A DNA stretch of 64,000 bases, from NCBI GenBank assembly GCA_041649715.1, contig JBAZMP010000001.1:18741-82740 (forward strand), given 5' to 3'. The notes below the pieces were generated by a model. It was not told the DNA's origin and ran no database searches. It saw nothing but the letters and a program-made list of their open reading frames with translations. Made by a program: the position numbers and the translations under genes. Below, piece by piece: positions 54,867 to 64,000 of the stretch (position 1 is the stretch's first letter; every line of letters begins with the position of its first letter). Source of the stretch: Patescibacteria group bacterium. GTDB taxonomy: Bacteria; Patescibacteriota; Patescibacteriia; JAXHNJ01.

Positions 54867-57575
54867 ATGTATTTAAAGAAACTGGAAATTCAGGGTTTTA
54901 AATCGTTTGCCCATAAATCGGTCTTGGAATTCAACCCCGGTATCACTTGTGTGGTGGGCCCGAACGGTTCCGGCAAATCAAACGTGGCGGATTCCATCCG
55001 CTGGGTGATGGGCGAGCAGAGCCTTAAGGTTTTGCGCGGCAAAAAATCCGAAGACGTGATTTTCGCCGGCTCCGACAAAAAAACCCGGTTGTCTTCCGCC
55101 GAGGTGTCTTTGCATATCGATAATCGGGATCATTCCATGCCCATTGATTATGACGAAGTGGTGATCACCCGCCGGGTCTACCGCGACGGTTTGGGCGAAT
55201 ATTTGATAAATAAAAAACCCGCCCGGCTGCAGGACATTTTGCTTTTATTGGCTAAAGCCAATTTCGGCCAGCGGACTTATTCCATCATTGCCCAAGGCAT
55301 GATCGATTATTTCATTATGGCTTCCCCGCGCGAACGCAAAGAGCTTTTCGACGAGGCGGCCGGCGTGAGGCAGTATCAGATCAAGCGGGATCAGGCGATC
55401 TTAAAACTTGACCACACTAAGGAAAATTTGGGCCAGGTGGAAGTTTTGCTCAATGAAATTTCTCCGCGCCTGCGTTCATTGACCCGGCAGGTTCACCGCT
55501 GGGAAAGAAAAGAGGAGATCGAAAAGAACTTGCGGGAAAAACAGATCGGCTATTATAATTTTTTATACCAGGATATTTTCCAGAAACACGAAGAAGCGCA
55601 AAATAATTTTTTAACCCTGGAAAAAGAAAGGCAAAAAGTTAAGGAAGAAATCGATCAGCTTCATGGGCGGCTGGAGGGTCTGGCCAAGGAAAGCACCCGG
55701 GGGGAATTATTCACTGAACGGCAAAAAGAATACCAAAAGATTCTGGACCAAAAAAACTCTTTGGCTCAGGAAAAAATGGTTTTGGAGGGTCAAATGGAGC
55801 TGGATCTGGTCGCGACCGGCGGCAGCGACCTGAATTACTGGCGCAAGAAAAAAGAAGAGGTGGGCCATAAACTTGGCGATTTGAGAACCGAGACCAAGAT
55901 TATTGAAGAAAAAATAAAGATACTAGAGCCTAAATTAGAGGAAAGGATCCGCCAGCAAAAAGAAATATTGGGGGAGTGTGATAAAATAGAGCATCGTTTG
56001 AAGATAGTCCAGGAAAAAATGGCCGGTCAGGAACCCCTGGATTTTACCGGGATAAAAAATGAATTGAACCAGCTGTATCTTTTACAGCAGGATTTCATCA
56101 AAAAAATCAGCGAAACAAGCGAACTGGAGGGCTTAAAGACGATCAAAAAAGAGGCCGAGAAGATCAAGGAAAGGATGGCCTTGTTTTTGGAAAAAGTGAA
56201 GTCTTCTTCCCCCACCTCCCCGAAAGAAATCATTGGCCTGCAAAATGCGCTTAGCGAGCAAATCAGAAAAAGAGACATTCTCGTCAATGAAGTCAATGAC
56301 ATGAAGGTGGAAATGGAAGTAAAGCGGGAAATACTCAGCAATAGGCTTAAAATAAGCCAGGAGACAGAAAATGAATTAGCGGCCCTGGATCGTCAGATTG
56401 AGCGTTTTGCCGCCGGAACAAAGGAAGAAAAAAACAGCCGTTTAGCCGGCCAGAAAAAAGAACTGGAAGGAAAGATCGCGGCGGCGGATAAGGAATTGGC
56501 CGAAGCCCAAAAAAGAATCAACGCTTTTAATGACGAGGAACAGCAGAAAAAGGACAGTCTTTTCGCCCTGCAAAAGGATTTTCGCCTCAAACAGGAAGGT
56601 TTGAATGAAATTGCCAACAAGATAAATAGTTTTAAGGTGGAACTGGCCCGTTTTGAAACGAAAAAAGAGGATTTAGAGCATGAAGTAAAGGAGGAATTGC
56701 CGGAAAACCACTGGCCGGCTGTGTTTAGGGAGAAAAGACCGGTTGTTGAGGGCTTTAATAAAACGGAAGATGAAAATGAGATCTTGCGGCTCAAGCATCA
56801 GATCGGTCTGATCGGCGGGATCGACGAAAATACGGAAAATGAATACAAAGAAACTAAAGAGAGATATGATTTTTTAAAGACCCAGTCGGATGATCTAAAT
56901 AAATCTCTTCTGGATCTTGAGAAAGTCATCGCGGATCTGGACCGGACCATCGAGCAAAGATTTAACCAGTCATTTGAGAAAATAAACGAGCAATTCGGCA
57001 AATACTTCAAGGTTTTGTTCAATGGCGGCCAGGCCAAACTTAGCCTGATTAAGGAAGAATTAAAGGAGGATGAGGAGGAATTAGAGGTGATCGATGAAAA
57101 ATCCGCCGGAGGCGGATCCGCCTTAGGCGGAGAAAAAGAAAAAAAGACCGCTGAGGAAGAAATGCCGGAAGCGGCCGAGAAGAAGAAAAAGTCGGAAAAA
57201 GTGGTCGCCGGAGTGGAGATAATGGCTACCCCGCCCGGTAAAAAGTTAAAGAATATCAACATGCTTTCCGGCGGGGAAAGAGCCTTAAGTTCGATTGCCT
57301 TGATTTGCGCCATCCTGGATAATAATCCTTCGCCCTTTGTCGTGCTGGACGAGGTGGACGCCGCCCTAGACGAAGCCAATTCTATTAAATTTGCCAGCAT
57401 TGTGGGAAACTTGAGCAAGAAAAGCCAGTTTATTGTGATCACTCATAATCGGGCGACCATGGAAAAGGCGAATATTCTTTACGGCGTGACCATGGGCGAT
57501 GACGGCGTGTCTAAGCTCCTTTCCATAAAAATGGAGGAAGCGGAAGAGGTGATAAATCAGCACGGCAACCGTTAA
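54867..57575 (+). CDS. smc: SMC-like chromosome segregation ATPase (short, 902 aa; no obvious hinge)
   Basis: N-terminal Walker A GPNGSGKSN. C-terminal ABC signature LSGGERALSSIAL and Walker B VVLDEVDAALD. Long coiled-coil middle region. Confidence 0.8.
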   Translation: MYLKKLEIQGFKSFAHKSVLEFNPGITCVVGPNGSGKSNVADSIRWVMGEQSLKVLRGKKSEDVIFAGSDKKTRLSSAEVSLHIDNRDHSMPIDYDEVVITRRVYRDGLGEYLINKKPARLQDILLLLAKANFGQRTYSIIAQGMIDYFIMASPRERKELFDEAAGVRQYQIKRDQAILKLDHTKENLGQVEVLLNEISPRLRSLTRQVHRWERKEEIEKNLREKQIGYYNFLYQDIFQKHEEAQNNFLTLEKERQKVKEEIDQLHGRLEGLAKESTRGELFTERQKEYQKILDQKNSLAQEKMVLEGQMELDLVATGGSDLNYWRKKKEEVGHKLGDLRTETKIIEEKIKILEPKLEERIRQQKEILGECDKIEHRLKIVQEKMAGQEPLDFTGIKNELNQLYLLQQDFIKKISETSELEGLKTIKKEAEKIKERMALFLEKVKSSSPTSPKEIIGLQNALSEQIRKRDILVNEVNDMKVEMEVKREILSNRLKISQETENELAALDRQIERFAAGTKEEKNSRLAGQKKELEGKIAAADKELAEAQKRINAFNDEEQQKKDSLFALQKDFRLKQEGLNEIANKINSFKVELARFETKKEDLEHEVKEELPENHWPAVFREKRPVVEGFNKTEDENEILRLKHQIGLIGGIDENTENEYKETKERYDFLKTQSDDLNKSLLDLEKVIADLDRTIEQRFNQSFEKINEQFGKYFKVLFNGGQAKLSLIKEELKEDEEELEVIDEKSAGGGSALGGEKEKKTAEEEMPEAAEKKKKSEKVVAGVEIMATPPGKKLKNINMLSGGERALSSIALICAILDNNPSPFVVLDEVDAALDEANSIKFASIVGNLSKKSQFIVITHNRATMEKANILYGVTMGDDGVSKLLSIKMEEAEEVINQHGNR

Positions 57576-57622
57576 ATAGCAAAAAACAAGCCAATATCAG
57601 ATATGGGTTTCTTTTTATTTTT

Positions 57623-58807
57623 TTAAATGGAAGTGACGCGCAGCACTTCTTCCAAGGTGGTGATTCCCGCCGCGGCTTTCATGATTCCTTTTTCCCGTAA
57701 GCTTTTCATGCCCTTGATTTGCGCTTGTTCAAATATGGTCTGATAGGGAGCGCGGGAAATAATTAGGGATTTTAGCTCGTTATCCAGGTTCAATATCTCA
57801 AAAATAGCCGTGCGGCCGAGGTAGCCCGCCGCGCCGCATTTTTGGCAGCCTCTTGATTTTACGAGGTTTATTTCTTTGAAGTTTTCCAGGCTGAATTCCT
57901 TGATCAAGGCCGGGGTCGGTATGATTTTTTCGGCGCAATGCGGGCAGACGACCCTAACCAGGCGCTGGGCGATGATACCGATGGTGGCCGAACTGATTAA
58001 GACCGGTTCAACGCCGATATCCACCAATCGGGAAATCGCCCCGACGGCGTTATTGGTGTGAAGGGTGGTCAAGACCAGGTGCCCGGTGAGGGCGGCCCGG
58101 ACGGCGATATCGGCCGTGTCGCGGTCGCGGATTTCGCCAAGCATGATGATATCCGGATCTTGCCGGAGCAATGAGCGCAAACCAGAAGCGAAGGTCAGGC
58201 CGTTATCCGGATCAATCTGGGTCTGCCGGATCAAGGGCAATTGATATTCCACGGGATCTTCCAGGGTGACAATGTTTTTTTCGATGGTGTTTAAGGTATG
58301 AAGCGTCGAATATAGGGTGGTGGTTTTGCCGGAGCCGTTCGGGCCGGTGACAAAGATAATCCCGTAAGGTGTCGCTATCATTTTTTTGTACAAGGCATAC
58401 TCTTCCTCTGAAAAACCCAGGTGTTCCAGGCCGAGCATTATCTGGGTTTTATCAAGAAGTCGCAAGGAGACATTTTCGCCATAAAGAGTGGGAAAGATAG
58501 AAACCCTCAGGTCAAGCTCTTTTTTGTCTAGTTCAAAACTGATCCGTCCATCCTGGGGCTTGCGGCGTTCAGCGATGTCCAGGTCGGCTAACACCTTGAT
58601 CCTGGAAACGAGCGGTTCCAGAAAGGAAACAGGATGGTTGGCCACTTCCCTTAGAATACCATCAATTCTGAACCTGATTCTCAATCTTTCGTTTTCCGGC
58701 TCAAGATGGACGTCAGAGGCATGATAGGTTAACGCCGCCCTCACTATTTCATTCACCATTTTTATGATCAATCCGGATTCCGATTCTGTTTTATTGCTTT
58801 TTCCCAT
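57623..58807 (-). CDS. type IV pilus / type II secretion assembly ATPase (PilB/GspE family), short form
   Basis: 394 aa. Walker A VTGPNGSGKTTTLYS. Asp box and His box present. C-terminal tetracysteine CPHC...CQKC. Confidence 0.8.
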   Translation of the reverse strand: MGKSNKTESESGLIIKMVNEIVRAALTYHASDVHLEPENERLRIRFRIDGILREVANHPVSFLEPLVSRIKVLADLDIAERRKPQDGRISFELDKKELDLRVSIFPTLYGENVSLRLLDKTQIMLGLEHLGFSEEEYALYKKMIATPYGIIFVTGPNGSGKTTTLYSTLHTLNTIEKNIVTLEDPVEYQLPLIRQTQIDPDNGLTFASGLRSLLRQDPDIIMLGEIRDRDTADIAVRAALTGHLVLTTLHTNNAVGAISRLVDIGVEPVLISSATIGIIAQRLVRVVCPHCAEKIIPTPALIKEFSLENFKEINLVKSRGCQKCGAAGYLGRTAIFEILNLDNELKSLIISRAPYQTIFEQAQIKGMKSLREKGIMKAAAGITTLEEVLRVTSI

Positions 58808-58927
58808 AAGATTGTCGCCTTAATACGATTTAATCTTATCTTTTTTCACTTTTTTCGTCAAAGCCCTTACCTTGACAGTTTAATCCATTTCATTTATCAT
58901 GTAAGAAAGACTTATTAAGCTTTCATT

Positions 58928-59338
58928 ATGCTTATCATCCGTTTAAGCCGTCAGGGAAAGAAAAATGAGCCGTATTTTCGGCTGATTATCAACGAAAAAA
59001 CCAAAGACACAGTCGGCGACTACCTGGAGTCACTCGGTTTTTATGATCCGAGAAAAAAAATTCTGAAAATGAACGAGGAAAGAATAAAATATTGGCTTTC
59101 CAAAGGCGCCCAGGCTTCAGGCACTGTGCATAATATTTTAGTGACCAGAGGCCTCATTTCCGGAAAGAAGATAAAAAAGGGCGGGAATAAAAAAGAAGAA
59201 ATAAAAGTGGAAGGGCAGGCGGAAAAGAAAACCGGTACAGGTCCGCAGGCCGCGCCGGCGGAAAATACTGCAACTCCGAAAGAAGAGAAAAAAGAAAAGG
59301 CTAAGGTTTCTGAAGAGAAACCGGCCGAAAAAAAGTGA
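58928..59338 (+). CDS. rpsP: 30S ribosomal protein S16 with Lys/Glu-rich C-terminal extension
   Basis: 136 aa. MLIIRLSRQGKKNEPYFRLII..GFYDP S16 core. ~55-aa K/E-rich tail. Confidence 0.85.
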   Translation: MLIIRLSRQGKKNEPYFRLIINEKTKDTVGDYLESLGFYDPRKKILKMNEERIKYWLSKGAQASGTVHNILVTRGLISGKKIKKGGNKKEEIKVEGQAEKKTGTGPQAAPAENTATPKEEKKEKAKVSEEKPAEKK

Positions 59339-59503
59339 AGGTTTAATAATATTTTTCCGGATAGATAAAACTTGACAGCATTATTCCATTTGGTACATTA
59401 AAGATAGAGAGTATTTGATAAACCAGTCTGTTTTTACCGGTTTAAGGTAAATCGGTCGGTGAAAAGGTCGGCAGCACTGGTAAACCAAAATGTAAGGAAG
59501 CAT

Positions 59504-59836
59504 ATGGCAAAGTACAAAGATCAGGAATTTGTGGAATACGTGGTTAAAGCCTTAGTGGACAAACCCGAGGATGTCAAAACCGATCGGGCTGTCGATGAGA
59601 TGGGCGTCTTAATCACCCTGAAAGTAAACCAGGAAGATTTGGGCCAGGTCATCGGCCGTCAGGGTCAAACCGCGAAATCCATCCGCACGCTTCTCCGTGT
59701 CGTAGGCGCCAAGAATCATGCCCGCGTCAACCTCAAGATTTATGAACCGGAGGGCAGCCGCCGACCGCCAAGAATGGTCCGCGAAGATTCAGCCGCGAAT
59801 GAAGATACGTCCGCGGTAGACGACTTAAAACTTTAG
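59504..59836 (+). CDS. KH-domain RNA-binding protein (UPF0109, rpsP-trmD operon member)
   Basis: Start MAKYKDQEF, with a GGAAG RBS (the ORF track starts earlier, at 59459). VIGRQGQTAKSIRTLL carries the GxxG KH loop. Confidence 0.7.
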   Translation: MAKYKDQEFVEYVVKALVDKPEDVKTDRAVDEMGVLITLKVNQEDLGQVIGRQGQTAKSIRTLLRVVGAKNHARVNLKIYEPEGSRRPPRMVREDSAANEDTSAVDDLKL

Positions 59837-59911
59837 AATCGTCGAAATAAAAAAGACAAGAACCGTAATTCGTGATAAAATGTAATTACGGTTTTTGTTA
59901 ATATTTTGACT

Positions 59912-60559
59912 ATGCAATTCGATATTCTTACGATTTTCCCGGCCATTTTCTCCTCATTTTTAAAGGAGAGCATTTTTAAAAAGGCGCAGGAAAAAAAACA
60001 GGTGAAAGTCAATCTTCATGATTTCCGTCGTTTCGCGGCCGGCCGCCATCGGACGGTTGATGATAAGCCTTACGGCGGGGGGCCAGGCATGATTTTAAAA
60101 GTGGAGCCGCTTTATGCCTGTTTAAAAACAATCAAAAGAAAAAAGAAGACAAAAGTAATTATTTTGAGCGCCAAGGGAAAAATGTATGATCAGAAAATAG
60201 CGCAAAGATTAAGCCGCGAGGAGCAGCTAATTTTTCTTTGCGGACGCTACGAAGGTATTGACGAAAGAATAAAAAAATTCGCCGACCTGGAACTTTCTTT
60301 GGGGCCTTATGTGACCATGGGCGGCGAGGTGGCGGCGATGGTGATGATGGAATCAATCGCCCGGCTCATCCCCGGGGTCTTGGGCAAACATATCTCCTTG
60401 GAAGAAGAAAGTTATTCCCAAAATTTGAAATATTTGGAATATCCCCAATATACCCGGCCGCCCGTTTTCAAAGGAGCAAAAGTTCCCGCTGTTCTCCTTT
60501 CCGGCGATCATAAGAAAATCAAAGGCTGGCGGGATAAATCGGCTAAAACAATCATATGA
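59912..60559 (+). CDS. trmD: tRNA (guanine37-N1)-methyltransferase
   Basis: MQFDILTIFPAIF N-terminus. SPOUT knot motifs. Confidence 0.85.
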   Translation: MQFDILTIFPAIFSSFLKESIFKKAQEKKQVKVNLHDFRRFAAGRHRTVDDKPYGGGPGMILKVEPLYACLKTIKRKKKTKVIILSAKGKMYDQKIAQRLSREEQLIFLCGRYEGIDERIKKFADLELSLGPYVTMGGEVAAMVMMESIARLIPGVLGKHISLEEESYSQNLKYLEYPQYTRPPVFKGAKVPAVLLSGDHKKIKGWRDKSAKTII

Positions 60560-61833
60560 CCATTATTCCCCGGGGTCTTTCAGAAATATTAAAAAATCGT
60601 CATTTTTTAAAACTTTGGCTCTCCCAAGTTTTGTCTATGACGGCCGGCGATATGCTGACCTTTTTGCTGGCAATCCGCATTTATCAGCTGACCAATAATA
60701 ATTTTATCGTCAGTGTCTATATCGCCCTGGTGGGCATACCGCCCGTCGTTTTTTCCGTGATTGCGGGGGCGTATGCCGATAATCACAACCGGAAAAGGAT
60801 TCTCGCCGTTTCAAACTTGTTACGCGTCGGTATTTTGTTTTTGTTTTTAGCCTTTCATGCCAACCCCTATATTTTGATGGCCTTGGCTTTTTGTATCGCG
60901 ACTGTTTCCCAGTTTTTCGGACCGGCGGAAAGCGCCACTATCCCCAACCTTGTGCGGCGAGACCAGTATTACCTCGCGAATTCGATGTTCATGTTTACGA
61001 ATTACACCGCTTTTTTAATCGGTTATTCGTTGGCTGGTCCGGCTTTATTCTATTTGAAAGACCAGACAATTTTCGTCGTATTATTGATAATGTACATAGT
61101 GGCTTTTGGCGCGAACTATTTATTGCCGTCTCAAAGCCAGCATCTTTTAATGAAAAAGGAAGCGGGGGTCTATGGGAACGCATTGAAGAAAATTTTTCAC
61201 GATATTGGCGAAGGATTTAAGATATTAAAGAATAATAAGCCCGTGCTTTTTTCCATTATTCAGATGGCCATTGTTTTTTCCGCGGAAAGAGCCGTGATCG
61301 CTTTATTCCCCGATCTCGCCTCTAAATATTTTCATTTCAGCGTGGCGGAATTGAGCTACTATTTGGTCTTGCCGGTCGGGATAGGAGCATTCGCCGGCGC
61401 CGTTCTCGTCAATCAGATTAAGAAAAGATTTGCCAAAAGAAAAATAATAAACTGGTCTCTGATCGTCGATGGTATTGTTCTGCTCGCCATCCCCTTTTAT
61501 TATTTCGCCTTGAATCTCGGCCCTGTTTATCTGAAGATCGCCACCTGTTCGCTGGGTTTTGCCTCGGGTTTGGTCGATGTCTTTATCATCGTTACGGCCC
61601 AGACCTTGATTCATGAGTCAACCGCCGATGAAAGCCGGGGCCGGATCTTTGGCAATTTAATGGGCGTCGTTAATTTGGTCAATGTCCCCGTGGTTTTAGT
61701 GGTCGGTTTTTTGGCCAGTTTTTATCCGGTCACGACCATTATCGGCATTGTCGGACTGATTGTCACGGTTTTCGGCCTGAGCTGCCGGTTTTTTTATAAG
61801 AGAAACTTGCGCTTAAAGGCGTCTGATCCTTAA
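60556..61833 (+). CDS. MFS-type transporter (12 TM)
   Basis: 425 aa, polytopic. ADNHNRKR motif at the loop 2-3 position. Confidence 0.65.
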   Translation: MTIIPRGLSEILKNRHFLKLWLSQVLSMTAGDMLTFLLAIRIYQLTNNNFIVSVYIALVGIPPVVFSVIAGAYADNHNRKRILAVSNLLRVGILFLFLAFHANPYILMALAFCIATVSQFFGPAESATIPNLVRRDQYYLANSMFMFTNYTAFLIGYSLAGPALFYLKDQTIFVVLLIMYIVAFGANYLLPSQSQHLLMKKEAGVYGNALKKIFHDIGEGFKILKNNKPVLFSIIQMAIVFSAERAVIALFPDLASKYFHFSVAELSYYLVLPVGIGAFAGAVLVNQIKKRFAKRKIINWSLIVDGIVLLAIPFYYFALNLGPVYLKIATCSLGFASGLVDVFIIVTAQTLIHESTADESRGRIFGNLMGVVNLVNVPVVLVVGFLASFYPVTTIIGIVGLIVTVFGLSCRFFYKRNLRLKASDP

Positions 61834-62040
61834 TTGCTTGACAAGCGCCATCTTTTGATATATTATAAATATGCTCTTTGAATTAGGTCGAAATTTAACT
61901 AAAATTAGCCAAAAAGGAGAACAAAATCTTCTTCTTATTCTTAATAATTCGATTTTGAGTTTTTTTTGAGAAAAAACAGTGATCTCTAAAATATTTTTCG
62001 GGGCTCTCTGTTTTTTCTTGATTTAATTTTAGCGGCCGAC

Positions 62041-62072
62041 CTTGACAACTAAAACGTGATAGAAATGGGTTC
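62041..62072 (+). other. 16S precursor leader half of RNase III processing stem (also carries rRNA promoter TTGACA at 62043)
   Basis: ttgacaactaaaacgtgatagaaatgggt is the reverse complement of 63852-63883 (acccatttctatcacattctagttgtcaa) with 2 mismatches. Confidence 0.6.
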
Positions 62073-62287
62073 ACGAAATCAATTAAACATACTTTAGCAA
62101 GTGGTGGAGAAATGAAAGGAGGATGTTTGAGGACCAGCATGTTCTTTTTATAAAATAACAGCTGATGTATCCTATCTTCTCCTTTCATTCTTCCATCACT
62201 TGTGTAAAGTCAACAAAATTTTTCACTTTTTGAAAAGTTTACCGCGAGCTATTGAGTGGCTTGCGTTTAATCTTTTCAAATTTTACT

Positions 62288-63774
<1,487 letters not shown>

Positions 63775-63851
63775 AGGGAGTAAACTAGAAGGTTAATCCA
63801 TCAAGATTAATCTCAATACGGTCGGTCTTCGAGAAAATTTTTCGAAGATAT

Positions 63852-63883
63852 GACCCATTTCTATCACATTCTAGTTGTCAAAG
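63852..63883 (+). other. 16S precursor trailer half of processing stem
   Basis: Pairs with 62041-62072. Confidence 0.6.
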
Positions 63884-64000
63884 AGGCGTCAAGACGGGTC
63901 AAGAGTTGATTTTTCCCGTCTTTTTTGATAGATTATTTATATACTTTTGCCCCGCACAAATTCCTTTTGGAATTATGCGGTGTAGGGAGCGCGGACGATG

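Overview
This 64 kb window is a compositionally mosaic chromosomal segment from a small-genome bacterium. Gene content and style (strict TTGACA-N17-TAnnnT promoters, Lys/Glu-rich tails on ribosomal proteins, peptidoglycan enzymes decorated with repeated Ig-like modules, a short PilB-type ATPase, a divergent 16S) fit a Candidate Phyla Radiation / Patescibacteria-like organism. I cannot verify that assignment without a search.

Housekeeping content includes queA, hup, rplS, rluD-like, cca, ftsH, rpsA, gyrA, rpmF, nusB, rnc, pyrF and a pyrE-like gene, smc-like, rpsP, trmD, a KH-domain protein, a 16S rRNA and several tRNAs. There is also a cell-envelope block: a zincin protease, an S8 subtilase with seven FG-GAP repeats, a SpoIID-like protein, a flippase, a GT2, two O-antigen-ligase-like proteins and a PGRP-type amidase.

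The most interesting findings are:
1. A low-GC, minus-strand array (24.2-33.1 kb) that looks like a disassembled rifampin-phosphotransferase / PEP-synthase-like system. It has one stand-alone ATP-grasp (PPDK_N) subunit, five paralogous proteins that each end in a phosphohistidine swivel domain with an invariant ITDEGGITCHAAI motif, a histidine phosphatase and an HD hydrolase.
2. A five-gene low-GC operon (18.6-22.7 kb) whose domain composition mirrors the MccD/MccE/MccF aminopropyl-nucleotide logic of microcin C, ending in two tandem dCTP-deaminase-family genes. One of those has its catalytic Glu replaced by Gln.
3. A mitochondrial-type monomeric PheRS-like protein (PheS core fused to an FDX-ACB domain), next to a divergent class II LysRS, in a GC-rich patch.
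4. Two tandem canonical-looking tRNAs with anticodon CUA (amber-reading), immediately downstream of GC-rich genes that end in TAG.
5. tRNA pseudogene copies carrying perfect-hairpin insertions exactly between anticodon-loop positions 37 and 38, plus a tRNA-Ile with anticodon UAU.
6. Three promoter-to-terminator-delimited small structured RNAs of unknown identity (1.43-2.07 kb).

I found no CRISPR array, transposase or integrase. All coordinates are hand-indexed and may be off by 1-2 nt.
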